64,000 nucleotides of DNA from Actinomycetota bacterium (GTDB taxonomy: Bacteria; Actinomycetota; Actinomycetes; Nanopelagicales; Nanopelagicaceae). The translations under genes were made by a program, and so were the position numbers. Every line of letters begins with the position of its first letter. The stretch's first letter is position 1. Under the pieces are notes generated by a model that saw nothing but the letters and a program-made list of their open reading frames with translations, had not been told where the DNA came from and ran no database searches. Shown one piece after another: positions 9,265 to 20,665 of the stretch. Location of the stretch: the NCBI GenBank assembly GCA_009701185.1, contig WLKQ01000002.1:17979-81978 (forward strand), in the 5' to 3' direction.

Positions 9265-10701
9265 ATGTTTGAAAATCGGATGCCTCGTTATGAGATCCTC
9301 AGTGAAGAATCGATGGCAACGCTGACTCTTGGATGGCGCCGTATTGTCTCTGAGATTGGTATCGAGTTCATGAGTCCGTGGGCAATCGATGTTTTGCGCG
9401 ATGCAGGACAAACGGTTGAAGGCGACAACGTTAAGTTTGATCCGGACTGGATTCTCAAGCAAGTTGCATTAGCGCCAAGTGAATTTAATCTGCGTGCTCG
9501 TAATCCAAAGAATAATGTGCATATTGGTGGCAACTCCATGGTCTTTGGTGGCGTCTATGGCCCACCATTTGTGCGCGAAGGTGATGTTCGCCGTGATGCG
9601 ACATTTGCTGACTATGAAAATTTTTGTAAGTTAGCTCAATCCTACGACGCCCTCGATAGCGTCGGCGGCGTTGTCTGTGAACCAAATGATTTATCACTTG
9701 ATTCTCGTCACTTAGATATGGCATATGCAGCTGCAACTCTGACCGATAAATTCTTTATGGGAAATGTTGTAACTGCTGAGAATGCTAAAGATGTAATCAA
9801 AATGTCTGAAATTATCTTTGGTGGACGTGCAGCGATTGAAGAAACTCCTGCATTGATTTCACTAATTAACTGTAACTCTCCATTGCGCTGGGATGATCGA
9901 ATGTTGGACTCTCTTCGCGAGTATGTACTTGCTGGCCAACCAGTTGTTGTTACACCATTCTTACTCATGGGTGCAATGAGCCCAGTAACTATTCCAGCAA
10001 CCCTTGCGCAACAAATTGCCGAAGCTTTAACTGGAATTGCTCTTGCACAAACTATTAACCCAGGGTGCCCAATTGTCTTTGGTTCGTTTCTTTCAAATAT
10101 TGATATGCAATCAGGATCACCTCAATTCGGCACACCTGAATCAGGCATCGGCCTTCTATGTACTGGTCAAATTGCCCGCAGCTTTAACTTGCCATTTCGT
10201 GGCGGCGGCGGCTTGAACTCATCACAAACCGTAGATGCGCAATCTGCTTACCAATCAATGATGACCATGATGCCAACATTCTTATCTGGTACGAACTGGG
10301 TCATGCACACCGCTGGTTGGTTAGAGGGCGGACTTGTCTCTTGCTATGAAAAATTCATCTTAGATATTGAAATTCTGCAGTCGCTTATGACTGAGTTCAC
10401 CCCGCTTGAGTTCAATGTGGAATCACTTGCCTTTGATGCTCACCTTGAAGTTGGCCACGGGGGTCACTTCCTTGGCGCAGCCCACACAATGGAGCGCTTC
10501 CGCGACTGTTTCTACCGACCATTCCTTACAAATAGCGATAACTATGAGCGCTGGATGCGACTTGGTGCAAAAGATACCAAGGAGCGCGCCGCTGAAATCT
10601 ATAAGAAGAAGCTTGAGGATTACGTTGCCCCAGAAATCGATGCATCAGTTCTTAAAGAGCTCGATGAGTTTGTGGCAATGCGCAAAAGCCAACTAGATTA
10701 A
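9265..10701 (+). CDS. mttB: Trimethylamine methyltransferase (MttB) family, non-pyrrolysine; probable glycine betaine:corrinoid methyltransferase (MtgB-like)
   Basis: NCNSPL.WD, GAMSPVT, GTPES, HTAGWLEGG, VGHGGHFLG; no in-frame TAG, Leu at the apparent Pyl-equivalent position. ATG 9265 follows AAGGAG. Confidence 0.88.
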   Translation: MFENRMPRYEILSEESMATLTLGWRRIVSEIGIEFMSPWAIDVLRDAGQTVEGDNVKFDPDWILKQVALAPSEFNLRARNPKNNVHIGGNSMVFGGVYGPPFVREGDVRRDATFADYENFCKLAQSYDALDSVGGVVCEPNDLSLDSRHLDMAYAAATLTDKFFMGNVVTAENAKDVIKMSEIIFGGRAAIEETPALISLINCNSPLRWDDRMLDSLREYVLAGQPVVVTPFLLMGAMSPVTIPATLAQQIAEALTGIALAQTINPGCPIVFGSFLSNIDMQSGSPQFGTPESGIGLLCTGQIARSFNLPFRGGGGLNSSQTVDAQSAYQSMMTMMPTFLSGTNWVMHTAGWLEGGLVSCYEKFILDIEILQSLMTEFTPLEFNVESLAFDAHLEVGHGGHFLGAAHTMERFRDCFYRPFLTNSDNYERWMRLGAKDTKERAAEIYKKKLEDYVAPEIDASVLKELDEFVAMRKSQLD

Positions 10702-10707
10702 AGCACT

Positions 10708-12201
10708 ATGGTCGCAACGCTCTTCATCAATGGTGCTTGGAGACAAGCATCTGATGGTGGGGCGCATGATGTTCATAGCCCTCACGATCAACGCGTGGTA
10801 GCAACGGTTTCGCAAGCAACGCTGGACGATGTTTTAGATGCGATAGCCGCAGCCCGTGAATCTTTTGATAGTGGCATCTTTACGTCCTGGTCCTTTAAAG
10901 AGCGCAGCGCCCTTGTTGCCAAGATTGCCGACTTGTTAGAGCGAGATGCAGACTTAGTTGCACGCAAAGAAAGTGACGACACGGGTAAGCGTTTTATTGA
11001 AGCCCAGTACGACATCGCCGATGTGATTGCAACCTTTAGACACTTTGCAAGCCTTGGTGTCAAAGAGCATGATCGAAGCGTTGATGTTGGTTTAGCCCAT
11101 GTAACAAGTCGCATCGTTCATGAGCCATTAGGCGTGGCATCTTTGATTGGGCCTTGGAACTATCCATTGCTACAGATTGCCTGGAAAGTTGCACCAGCAC
11201 TTGTTGCCGGATGTTCTTTTATCGTCAAACCCAGTGAGCTCACTCCACAAAGTGCAATCGCATTGATGAAAATTATTGAAGAGGCTGGAACGCCCAAAGG
11301 TGTTGCCAATCTAATTCTTGGCCCAGGTTCAGTCGTTGGAACTCCACTGATCAATGATGCACGCGTTGATCTCGTTTCATTCACCGGCGGCTTAACGACA
11401 GGGCAGACCATCATGACTGCAGCCGCTAAGACGATTAAAAAATTAGCTCTTGAACTCGGTGGAAAAAATCCACATATTATTTTTGCCGATGCCGACATTG
11501 ATGCGGCCATTGATAATGCAGTAACCGCCGCTTTCTTGCACTCGGGTCAAGTGTGTTCAGCGGGTACGCGCCTAATCGTTGAGCGTTCAATCCATGATCG
11601 TGTTGTAACCGAGATTGTGCGCCGAGCAGCACAGATTCGCCTTGGTGGCCCAGATGATTTAACTGCCGAAACAGGTCCACTTATTAGTCAAAGCCATCTG
11701 CGCAACGTTTCGCAGTATGTTGATAAAGGAGTTGCTGAAGGTGCGAGGCTTCTCATTGGCGGAAAGCGCAGCGAATTACCTGAGCATGCCAATGGTTGGT
11801 ATTTTGTGCCGACAGTCTTAGATAACTGCACAACTACTATGTCGTGCGTTCAAGATGAATCCTTTGGTCCAGTCATGACCGTTGAAGTTTTTGACTCAGA
11901 GGCGCAAGCAATTGCTCTCGGCAATGACACAGTCTTTGGTTTATCTGGGGGAGTATGGAGTGGTGATAGCGCCAAAGCCGCGCGTGTAGCTAGCGCGCTG
12001 CGCCATGGCACGATTTGGGTCAATGACTTTGGCCCTTATCGCCCTGCCGCTGAGTGGGGTGGTTACAAACAATCTGGAATTGGCCGCGAATTAGGTGAAC
12101 ACGGCTTGGGTGAGTACCTTGAAATCAAACACATTTGGACTAACAATTCACCTAGTCGATCTGGATGGTTTTCAGATTCTGCAGAAGGGGAGAGTCAATG
12201 A
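10708..12201 (+). CDS. betB: Betaine-aldehyde dehydrogenase
   Basis: PWNYP, KPSE, FTGG, LELGGK, GQVCSAG catalytic Cys, ESFGPV; context with betA. Confidence 0.82.
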   Translation: MVATLFINGAWRQASDGGAHDVHSPHDQRVVATVSQATLDDVLDAIAAARESFDSGIFTSWSFKERSALVAKIADLLERDADLVARKESDDTGKRFIEAQYDIADVIATFRHFASLGVKEHDRSVDVGLAHVTSRIVHEPLGVASLIGPWNYPLLQIAWKVAPALVAGCSFIVKPSELTPQSAIALMKIIEEAGTPKGVANLILGPGSVVGTPLINDARVDLVSFTGGLTTGQTIMTAAAKTIKKLALELGGKNPHIIFADADIDAAIDNAVTAAFLHSGQVCSAGTRLIVERSIHDRVVTEIVRRAAQIRLGGPDDLTAETGPLISQSHLRNVSQYVDKGVAEGARLLIGGKRSELPEHANGWYFVPTVLDNCTTTMSCVQDESFGPVMTVEVFDSEAQAIALGNDTVFGLSGGVWSGDSAKAARVASALRHGTIWVNDFGPYRPAAEWGGYKQSGIGRELGEHGLGEYLEIKHIWTNNSPSRSGWFSDSAEGESQ

Positions 12202-13226
12202 GTTCTGAAGCACCAATGATTTCTGTAAAGAATCTTTGGAAAGTCTTCGGCTCAAACCCTCAAAAAGTTATTGGAACACCGCTAGCAGATTTAACTCGCG
12301 CTGAATTACGTGCGAAAACCGGAAATACGATTGCAGTGCGCGATGTGTCATTTGATGTCGCCCCAGGTGAAGTTTTCGTAGTTATGGGTCTATCTGGATC
12401 TGGAAAATCAACACTGGTCCGTTGCATGACACGGTTGATTGAGCCAACTGATGGATCCTTAACTTTTGAAGGCGAAGATATTTTACAAGTGGACAATGCT
12501 CGTTTACGCGAACTGCGCAAGACCCGCTTCTCGATGGTTTTTCAACACTTTGGTTTATTGCCCCACAGAAATGTCATAGACAATATTGCGTACTCGTTAG
12601 AAATAAATGGGGTCAGTAAATCTGAACGTCACGCACGCGCCAATGAAGTAGTCGAACTCGTTGGCTTACAAGGGTATGCAAATGCATATCCAGAACAATT
12701 ATCTGGCGGCATGCAGCAGCGAGTGGGTCTAGCTCGTGCTTTAGCTGTTGACCCAGAGGTTCTCTTTCTCGATGAACCATTTAGTGCACTCGATCCGCTT
12801 ATACGTCGCGATATGCAGCAAGAAGTTATTCGTTTGCACCATGAGCTTGGCAAGACAATGGTTTTCATTACGCACGATCTCTCTGAAGCGGTAAAGGTGG
12901 GTGATCGTATTGCCATCATGCGTGATGGTGCCATCGTTCAAATTGGAACACCTGAAGATTTAGTTGCCCACCCTGCAGATGATTACGTTGCCAACTTTGT
13001 TCGAGACATCGCCAAGTCACATGTTCTTACTCTTCGCTATCTTGCACGCCCTGCTAAGCCAGGTGAGGATACAAGCGGGCCTGAACTATCTGCCGACATG
13101 ATCATCAGAGATGCCTGCAGCTTAATTCTTGATGAGCAGCGCCCAATAAGAGTGAGCGATAAAGGAAAAGCCTTAGGAGTCGTATCAAGTGATGATGTAT
13201 TACGAATCATCTCTGGGGTCGCTTAA
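12198..13226 (+). CDS. proV: Glycine betaine/choline ABC transporter ATP-binding subunit (ProV/OpuAA)
   Basis: [39 protein letters not shown]. Confidence 0.9.
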   Translation: MSSEAPMISVKNLWKVFGSNPQKVIGTPLADLTRAELRAKTGNTIAVRDVSFDVAPGEVFVVMGLSGSGKSTLVRCMTRLIEPTDGSLTFEGEDILQVDNARLRELRKTRFSMVFQHFGLLPHRNVIDNIAYSLEINGVSKSERHARANEVVELVGLQGYANAYPEQLSGGMQQRVGLARALAVDPEVLFLDEPFSALDPLIRRDMQQEVIRLHHELGKTMVFITHDLSEAVKVGDRIAIMRDGAIVQIGTPEDLVAHPADDYVANFVRDIAKSHVLTLRYLARPAKPGEDTSGPELSADMIIRDACSLILDEQRPIRVSDKGKALGVVSSDDVLRIISGVA

Positions 13227-15154
13227 TGCAGATTAAGAAGCCGTATCTGCTTCTCGGTTCAATAGCAGTATGGATTCTGCTTGGTCGATTACTCCATGGC
13301 AAAGACACACTTCAGATAGATACGTATGAAAATACGCCCTTCACACGTTTTATTGGTGAAAAGGCTTTAGAGCTTCGCGGAAATCGAACTGAAAGCCCCG
13401 CCTTTATTTATTTCTTCAATCCCATTCGTGCAACGATTGATGGTTTCGTACAGTTCATACGTAATTTAATCGCTGTTCCAGCACCTAACACAGTAATTCC
13501 AGTCATTGGTTGGTTAGGGGTAGTCGGACTTATAGCATTTGTGGTTTTTGCAACAAGCCGCTTACGAACGATGCTGCTGTCCGTGTCACTTCTTTTAGGC
13601 TGCGGCCTTCTTGGTATGTGGCAATTTACGATGGATTCAATTGCGATGACTTTAGCGGCAGTGCTGCTCTCACTTGCAATTGGAATCCCACTTGGAATCT
13701 GGGCCGGACTCTCTAACCGGGTTTTGAAAATCCTGACACCATTTCTAGATTTAGCGCAGATATTGCCCACACTTGTTTATATGGCCCCGATTGCATTGGT
13801 GTTTATGATCGGTGCTGCATCGGCAACAATTGCGACAATGATTTATTCAATACCTATTTGTATACGTATAACCTCTCATGCCATTAGAAACCTCAACCAG
13901 TCACCGGTTGAAGCCGCAGAATCAATGGGTTCAACGCGTAATCAAACGTTGATTAAAGTGCAGATTCCCATGGCAAAACAGATGATCGTATTAGGCATCA
14001 ATCAAACGGTTATGGCCGCAGTTTCCTTTGTCGTTGTTGCCGCATTAATTGGTGCACCTGGGTTAGGTAAGCCAGTGATTGATGCGTTGATTATTAGAAA
14101 TGTGGGGCAGGGCTTTGTCGCCGGTTTTGCCGTAGTTTTCCTCGCTATTTTGATGGATCGAAGCACCAGCGCTGCGGCTAAGCGCCAACAGTCTTTTGTT
14201 CCTCCAACAGCTGCTGAAATCAAAGGTAAGCGAATCATTCTTATTGTTTCAGCGCTGGCGACTGTGATTTCAGTACTTCTATCTCGCACCATGCTTTGGG
14301 CAGCTGTTTGGCCAAAAGAAATTACAATTGCACCGCAGGTTGAAAAGTTTACGAATAATGCAACTGCTTGGGTCCTAGATAATCTCTATATCTTTACCGT
14401 TGGTTTTAAAGATTTTATCTCTTACTCAATTCTTAATCCACTTGAAAGTCAATTATCTGCATCTCCTTGGTATCTCACTGTTGCAATGATTATTGCACTT
14501 GCTCTGATTATCGCAGGAGTGCGCACCGCAATGCTTGCAGCAGTCTTAGCAATCGCAATCGTGCTTTCTGGTTTGTGGTATGAAGCAATGTTGACATTAA
14601 CTCAGACAATAGTGGGTTGTTTGCTGACCATGATTATTGGAATTGCGTTGGGTATTTGGACCGGACGCAGCGATCGTGCAGAAAGGGTCTTGCGTCCATT
14701 CTTAGATGCAGGCCAAACACTTCCGGCATTTGTTTACTTAGTTCCGATGTTAGGTTTATTTGGACCAACTAGATTTACTGCTATCGCTACAGGAATTGTC
14801 TATGCGATTCCAGTTGTAGTAAAGATTGTCTGTGAAGGTATCCGCGCCGTACCGCATTCACTTATAGAAGCAGCAACTGCAGCGGGGTCAACCACGCGTC
14901 AGATTATTACGAAAGTTCAATTACCTGCAGCCAAGAAAACAATTCTGCTGGCGACCAACCAAGGTCTCATCTATGTATTAGCTGTCGTTGTAATTGGTGG
15001 TTTTGTGGGTGCTGGTGGCCTTGGATATTTGGTCATCGTAGGAAACTCAAAGCCCGAGCTGCAAGGAAAGGGGCTCATCGCTGGAGCGGCGATTTTGCTA
15101 CTTGGTGTTATTTTCGACCGAATTATGCAAGCCGGGGCCAAGCGTTCGGGATAA
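13226..15154 (+). CDS. proW: Glycine betaine/choline ABC permease with two tandem ProW domains
   Basis: Two EAA loops (EAAESMGST, EAATAAGST); hydrophobic. Confidence 0.88.
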   Translation: MQIKKPYLLLGSIAVWILLGRLLHGKDTLQIDTYENTPFTRFIGEKALELRGNRTESPAFIYFFNPIRATIDGFVQFIRNLIAVPAPNTVIPVIGWLGVVGLIAFVVFATSRLRTMLLSVSLLLGCGLLGMWQFTMDSIAMTLAAVLLSLAIGIPLGIWAGLSNRVLKILTPFLDLAQILPTLVYMAPIALVFMIGAASATIATMIYSIPICIRITSHAIRNLNQSPVEAAESMGSTRNQTLIKVQIPMAKQMIVLGINQTVMAAVSFVVVAALIGAPGLGKPVIDALIIRNVGQGFVAGFAVVFLAILMDRSTSAAAKRQQSFVPPTAAEIKGKRIILIVSALATVISVLLSRTMLWAAVWPKEITIAPQVEKFTNNATAWVLDNLYIFTVGFKDFISYSILNPLESQLSASPWYLTVAMIIALALIIAGVRTAMLAAVLAIAIVLSGLWYEAMLTLTQTIVGCLLTMIIGIALGIWTGRSDRAERVLRPFLDAGQTLPAFVYLVPMLGLFGPTRFTAIATGIVYAIPVVVKIVCEGIRAVPHSLIEAATAAGSTTRQIITKVQLPAAKKTILLATNQGLIYVLAVVVIGGFVGAGGLGYLVIVGNSKPELQGKGLIAGAAILLLGVIFDRIMQAGAKRSG

Positions 15155-15240
15155 ATAGTCGAATTAGCGCCTACAAGTACTAGTTTTAGCCCGATTCCCG
15201 CTCTAGGATAAGGCAAAACTTACACTCTTTAGGAGGGTTA

Positions 15241-16203
15241 ATGAACTCACTATTTAATCGCCGTTCAGCGCTCGTTACCGTCGTGATTGCAGCAGCACTA
15301 GTTCTATCTGGCTGCAGCAAGGGCGTTAATGATTCTGCAGGCGGGGCATCAGGAGATTGCGGTTCATGGTCAATTGCCATGCACGCATGGGGTGGTTACA
15401 CAGCATCTGCACAAGTAGTCGCTGAAATTGCTAAGAAAGAATTAGGTTGCACAATCACACAGACAACTCTGGATGAAGGTCCAACTACATATGATGCAAT
15501 GGAAGCTGGAACAATCGATGTAATAATCGAAGATTGGGGCGGCGGACGTTGGTCAGAATGGGTAGATCGCGGCGCTGTCTTTGAAGCAGGAGAAAACGGC
15601 AACGTTGGATTAATCGGTATGTATGTTGCTCCATGGATGGCTGCAAAGTATCCAGACATTACAGACTCAAAGAATCTAAATAAGTACGCAGATCTATTTA
15701 AGACTGCAGACTCAGGTGGCAAGGGCGCATGGTTTGAAGGCCCAGCTGGTTACACAACAATCGGTGAAAAAATGGTTTCAGCCAATAAGTTGAACTTCAA
15801 AGTTATCTTCTCAGGTTCAGAGGCTGCATTAGTTGATGGCTTTACAAAAGCCGAAGCTAATAAGACCGCATTCATTGGTTATGCATGGCAACCATGGACT
15901 CTCTTTGCAAAGATTCCTAACCTTGAATCAGGTCATGTTAAATTCCCTGCAAATGATTGGTCTGATGCCGCAACAGCAAGCGGTCTCACTGATTACCCAT
16001 CAACTCCACTCATTAAGTTAATTTCTAAGAAACTCAATGATGCAAATGATCCATTTACTTCACTGGTTAATAACTTCAAGTGGACAAATGATGATCAAAA
16101 TGGTGTAGCTGCCGATCTTGAAGGCGGAATGACTGCAGAAGAGGCGGCCCAGAAATGGATCGATGCTCATGCTGACATTGTTGCTACCTGGCTTGGTAAG
16201 TAA
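15241..16203 (+). CDS. proX: Glycine betaine/choline ABC substrate-binding lipoprotein (ProX/OpuAC)
   Basis: Lipobox LSGC; aromatic-rich EDW and YAWQP motifs; AAQKWI C-terminus. Confidence 0.85.
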   Translation: MNSLFNRRSALVTVVIAAALVLSGCSKGVNDSAGGASGDCGSWSIAMHAWGGYTASAQVVAEIAKKELGCTITQTTLDEGPTTYDAMEAGTIDVIIEDWGGGRWSEWVDRGAVFEAGENGNVGLIGMYVAPWMAAKYPDITDSKNLNKYADLFKTADSGGKGAWFEGPAGYTTIGEKMVSANKLNFKVIFSGSEAALVDGFTKAEANKTAFIGYAWQPWTLFAKIPNLESGHVKFPANDWSDAATASGLTDYPSTPLIKLISKKLNDANDPFTSLVNNFKWTNDDQNGVAADLEGGMTAEEAAQKWIDAHADIVATWLGK

Positions 16204-16219
16204 CTAATAATCTATAGAG

Positions 16220-16268
16220 CAAGGCCTCTACTTGGTGAAAAATCATCGAGTAGAGGCCTTGTTTTATT
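16220..16268 (+). terminator. Rho-independent terminator
   Basis: CAAGGCCTCTACT...AGTAGAGGCCTTG followed by TTTTATT. Confidence 0.8.
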
Positions 16269-16283
16269 AGTACAGTTAGCCAT

Positions 16284-17930
16284 ATGAGCGAGCACTACGA
16301 CTACATCATTGTTGGTGGTGGCTCGGCAGGCTGCGCCCTAGCCAATCGCTTAAGTGAAGATCCCAACCATAAAACCTTGGTCCTTGAGGCTGGTCGGCGT
16401 GACTATAAGTGGGATGTATTTATCCATATGCCGGCAGCGTTAGCTTTTCCAATTGGTAACAAACACTACGACTGGATGTATGAGTCTGAGCCAGAACCAT
16501 TTATGAATAACCGTCGCATCTATCATGCACGTGGCAAGGTTTTAGGTGGCTCATCATCTATAAATGGGCAAATTTGGCAACGTGGTAATCCTTTAGATTA
16601 TGAACGTTGGTCCCACGATGCTGGAATGAGTAGTTGGGACTACGCGCACTGTCTGCCGTACTTTAAAAAGATGGAAAACTGTTTAGCCGATCAAAGTAAT
16701 ACTTTTCGTGGCACTAGCGGCCCACTCAAATTAGAGCGCGGAGCCGTGAAAGGTCCGCTCTTTGCCGCATTCTTTAAAGCGACAGAGCAAGCCGGTTATC
16801 CACGTACTGATGATGTCAATGGTTATCGTCAAGAGGGATTTGCAGCCTTTGATCGCAATGTCTATCGAGGACGTCGCCTAAGTGCCGCACGCGCATATCT
16901 CTATCCCATAATGAAGCGCGCTAACTTAACAATCAAGTTACGCGCACATGTGACAAAGGTTTTATTTGAGGGTACAACTGCTACAGGTGTTGAAGTAATG
17001 ATTAAGGGAAAGAAGCATGTTTTTACATCGCGTGAAGTGATTTTATGTGGAGGGGCTATAAATACTCCCCAAATTCTACAACTCTCTGGCATTGGAAATG
17101 AAAAGGATTTAGCGCCACTTGGGATAAAAATGGTGCATCATTTACCCGGAGTCGGTGCTAACTTGCAAGATCACCTTGAAGTCTACGTTCAGTACAAATG
17201 CAAGCTGCCAGTAACCCAACAACCGATTACTCAGTTCTGGCGCCGCCCATTTATTGGTGCAGCATGGCTGTTCTTTCGCAAAGGCCCAGGTGCAACAAAT
17301 CAATTTGAGGCAGGGGGCTTTACGCGCAGCAATAACGATGTGGCCTACCCAAATTTGATGTTTCACTTTCTACCGCTTGCCATTCGTTATGACGGAACGG
17401 GGGATACGCGTGGGCACGGTTATCAAGTCCACGTAGGTCCTATGTATTCAGATTCCCGCGGCCGGCTCACAATTAAGAGCGTCGATCCACGGGAAAAGCC
17501 TGCGATTTTGTTTAATTATTTATCTACAGATGAAGATCGCCGTGAGTGGGTTGAAGCGGTTAAAACTGCGCGAAATATTCTGACTCAGCCCGCAATGAAT
17601 GATTTCAACGCAGGCGAATCATCTCCTGGTGCATCGGTATCAACAGACGCTGAGATTTTAGAGTGGGTGCGCAAAGACGCCGAGACTGCTTTGCATCCTT
17701 CTTGCACCGCCAAGATGGGTACAGATGCAATGTCGGTTGTGGATCCAGAAACCATGAAAGTTCATGGAGTTAGCGGTTTGCGAGTATGCGATGCATCAGT
17801 ATTTCCATATGTGACTAACGGCAATATCTATGCACCTGTAATGATGGTGGCAGAAAAGGCAGCGGATTTAATTCTAGGAAAATCACCACTACCTGCAGAA
17901 AAAATTGAGTTCTATCGCCATGCCAAGTAA
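16284..17930 (+). CDS. betA: Choline dehydrogenase (GMC oxidoreductase)
   Basis: [40 protein letters not shown]. Confidence 0.93.
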   Translation: MSEHYDYIIVGGGSAGCALANRLSEDPNHKTLVLEAGRRDYKWDVFIHMPAALAFPIGNKHYDWMYESEPEPFMNNRRIYHARGKVLGGSSSINGQIWQRGNPLDYERWSHDAGMSSWDYAHCLPYFKKMENCLADQSNTFRGTSGPLKLERGAVKGPLFAAFFKATEQAGYPRTDDVNGYRQEGFAAFDRNVYRGRRLSAARAYLYPIMKRANLTIKLRAHVTKVLFEGTTATGVEVMIKGKKHVFTSREVILCGGAINTPQILQLSGIGNEKDLAPLGIKMVHHLPGVGANLQDHLEVYVQYKCKLPVTQQPITQFWRRPFIGAAWLFFRKGPGATNQFEAGGFTRSNNDVAYPNLMFHFLPLAIRYDGTGDTRGHGYQVHVGPMYSDSRGRLTIKSVDPREKPAILFNYLSTDEDRREWVEAVKTARNILTQPAMNDFNAGESSPGASVSTDAEILEWVRKDAETALHPSCTAKMGTDAMSVVDPETMKVHGVSGLRVCDASVFPYVTNGNIYAPVMMVAEKAADLILGKSPLPAEKIEFYRHAK

Positions 17931-18771
17931 CGAACTGACACCTTCTGCAATAGCTAAAGTGAAAGTACAGAAGACCGATTCAGATACACCGAGTTCGGAT
18001 TCAGTAGTTGTAGAGGAGCCCCTTGAGATTCGCATTAAACGCGGTGGAAAAGATGAGCAGCTCGGAATAACTATGCGTACACCGGGTAATGATTTAGAGC
18101 TAGCTGCAGGATTCTTGTGGGGTGAGGGTTTTCTTCAAAACCCTAATGAATTAATAAGTGTAAAAGTCTGTGGAGATAAAGAGCTCTCGGCCCGCCAACG
18201 CGCCAATGTTGTTATCGCAGAGGTAACTGAAAACTCTCAAGGCTCGGTACGAATCCTGGAACGCCGCTTCACAATAACAGCAGCTTGTGGCGTGTGCGGA
18301 TCTACCAACATCGCTGATTTACATAAGCGTGGAGTAACTAAAGTTTCACGCACGACACATACCGTTCAAGAACTTGCCGCGATGGTCTCACTTCTAGAAG
18401 GCCGCCAACGTATCTTTGAGAAGACCGGAGGGCTTCACGCTGCAGCACTTGTTAATCCAGATGGAGTTGCAGTGTGGGTTCGCGAGGATGTTGGGCGCCA
18501 TAACGCCGTCGATAAGGTAATTGGTGCAGGACTCATGGCCGGTGTAATTCCCATGGCCAACTGGACATTAATTGTCTCAGGGCGCATTGGTTATGAACTT
18601 GTTCAGAAAGCTATCTGTGCTGGGGTTTCAGCCATCGTTGGGGTGAGTGCACCGTCGTCACTAGCTGTTGATTTAGCGGCTGAGTTTGGCTTAACTCTCT
18701 TAGCCTTTGCCCGCGGTGGAGTAGCAAAGCATTACTTACCAAACCATAATATTTCCGAAAGTCAGGTGTGA
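17920..18771 (+). CDS. fdhD: Formate dehydrogenase accessory sulfurtransferase
   Basis: [43 protein letters not shown]. Confidence 0.93.
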   Translation: MPSNELTPSAIAKVKVQKTDSDTPSSDSVVVEEPLEIRIKRGGKDEQLGITMRTPGNDLELAAGFLWGEGFLQNPNELISVKVCGDKELSARQRANVVIAEVTENSQGSVRILERRFTITAACGVCGSTNIADLHKRGVTKVSRTTHTVQELAAMVSLLEGRQRIFEKTGGLHAAALVNPDGVAVWVREDVGRHNAVDKVIGAGLMAGVIPMANWTLIVSGRIGYELVQKAICAGVSAIVGVSAPSSLAVDLAAEFGLTLLAFARGGVAKHYLPNHNISESQV

Positions 18772-18772
18772 G

Positions 18773-20665
18773 ATGAGCGCATTCAATCACCCACTCGATC
18801 CGCTGAGTTATGCCGAACAAGAGTTAATCGTTGCTCATGCCCGATCTGCGTGGAAACTAGAAGAACACCACCTCTTTGCAATGCTTCAACTGCATGAACC
18901 AACCAAGGCGCAGTTAGCTTCGGGGACAAAGCTTGATCGCACAGCGCGTGTAACTATGTGGGATCGCAAAAAAGCGATTGTAACTGAAGGTTTGATTACT
19001 ACTGAAGGTATTGCTAAAGAATATAAAGAAATCCCTGGCGCTAAATCTCCCGTCAGCGTTATTGAATCTGCGATTGCCCTTGCAGTTGTTGCGAAAGATA
19101 AGTCGGTTATTGAGGCACTTGCTCGTCGCGGTATCGATGACATAAGTACTGTGCATATGGAGACATGGCCAATCGGAGCCCAGATTCCTAAACACTTAGA
19201 TGATGGCCGCCGACTTATCTGGACACCGATGTGGCATCAACCAACTCCAGATGCAAACTTTTACGCACACCCTATTCATGGCCTGCATGCAATTGTTGAT
19301 ATCGATGCAGAGGAAGTGGTTGGATTAGAAGATAACGGCGACGTTCCTATCCCACAAACTCCTGGGCCATATCGAGAATCCCAGACTGGCGCACATATAA
19401 AACTTAAAGAGTTAATGATTCATCAGCCTGATGGCGCATCCTTTGACGTTGAAGGATGGAGTATTAAATGGGAGCGATGGTCATTTCGCATCGGCTTTGA
19501 TCAACGTGAAGGCTTAGTAATTCATGACGTGCATTTCAATGATGAGGGCACTGCGCGAAAGATCGCCCATCGCTTATCAATCGCAGAGTTAGTTATTCCA
19601 TACGGTGATCCGGCACAAGGGGCATATCGCAAAAATGCCTTCGATACAGGTGAATTTGGCTTAGGAAACTTCACGAATTCACTCACTTTAGGCTGTGATT
19701 GCCTAGGTGAGATTGTTTATCTCGATGCAGCAGTAACTGAAGGCGATGGCCGAGTTCGAACAATTAAGAATGCAATCTGTATGCATGAAGAAGACTTTGG
19801 AATTCTGTGGAAGCACGTGGATGTAGATGGGCATACCGAAGTTCGCCGTGGTCGTAGATTTGTTGCTTCATCAATTGTTACGGTCAATAACTATGAATAT
19901 GGTTATTTCTGGTACTTCTACCAAGATGGATCAATTGAATTTGAAGCAAAGTTAACTGGAATTGTTCTGACCTTGGCCGATACGCCAGGTAAGGACCATC
20001 CATCGGCAACTGAAATAGAGCCTGGTCTATGGGCGCCTTATCATCAGCATATTTTGTGTGCCCGTATGGATATGGATATTGATGGCACCGATAACAGTGT
20101 TGTTGAAGTCGAGTCATTTGCCCATCCAATTGGCGAGAAGAATCCTTATGGTGGGGCCTATGAAACTCGCGAAACTATATTAAGTAGTGAGAAAAAAGCT
20201 CAACGTTTAATCGATCCTTTGAAGAGCCGCTTCTGGAAAATTGTCAATCCACAACGAAAGAATCATGTGGGAAATAGCGTGGGTTACAAGTTAATTCCCG
20301 GACATACTACTTTTCCTTTAGCTCATGAAGAGTCAATACTAGGTATGCGCGCAGGGTTTATGTACAAGCACCTATGGGTTACACCTCATACTGAAAGTGA
20401 GCGTTACCCAGCAGGTGACTATCCATTCCAGCATGAAGGCGGCGCTGGACTTCCAGAATGGACCAAGGGCGATCGTTCTACCGAAAATACAGATGTAGTT
20501 CTTTGGCATGTCTTTGGAACTAATCACATTCCACGCACCGAAGATTGGCCGGTTATGCCGGTTGAACGCACAGGTTTTCATTTAAAACCATCGGGATTCT
20601 TTAGACGCAGCCCGGCTATGGATGTTGCATCATCTGAGGCTGTAGAAACTAGTTGCGATTGTTAA
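18773..20665 (+). CDS. Copper/TPQ primary amine oxidase
   Basis: TVNNYEY TPQ motif, HQH and H copper ligands, EDWPVMP, LGCDCLG. Confidence 0.92.
   Translation: MSAFNHPLDPLSYAEQELIVAHARSAWKLEEHHLFAMLQLHEPTKAQLASGTKLDRTARVTMWDRKKAIVTEGLITTEGIAKEYKEIPGAKSPVSVIESAIALAVVAKDKSVIEALARRGIDDISTVHMETWPIGAQIPKHLDDGRRLIWTPMWHQPTPDANFYAHPIHGLHAIVDIDAEEVVGLEDNGDVPIPQTPGPYRESQTGAHIKLKELMIHQPDGASFDVEGWSIKWERWSFRIGFDQREGLVIHDVHFNDEGTARKIAHRLSIAELVIPYGDPAQGAYRKNAFDTGEFGLGNFTNSLTLGCDCLGEIVYLDAAVTEGDGRVRTIKNAICMHEEDFGILWKHVDVDGHTEVRRGRRFVASSIVTVNNYEYGYFWYFYQDGSIEFEAKLTGIVLTLADTPGKDHPSATEIEPGLWAPYHQHILCARMDMDIDGTDNSVVEVESFAHPIGEKNPYGGAYETRETILSSEKKAQRLIDPLKSRFWKIVNPQRKNHVGNSVGYKLIPGHTTFPLAHEESILGMRAGFMYKHLWVTPHTESERYPAGDYPFQHEGGAGLPEWTKGDRSTENTDVVLWHVFGTNHIPRTEDWPVMPVERTGFHLKPSGFFRRSPAMDVASSEAVETSCDC

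Noticed and set aside
9265-10701. Pyrrolysine recoding in the MttB-family gene
   Set aside because: No in-frame TAG; Leu at the apparent equivalent position.
13226-15154. Tandem ProW permease as a novel fusion
   Set aside because: Double-domain betaine permeases are common in Actinomycetota.
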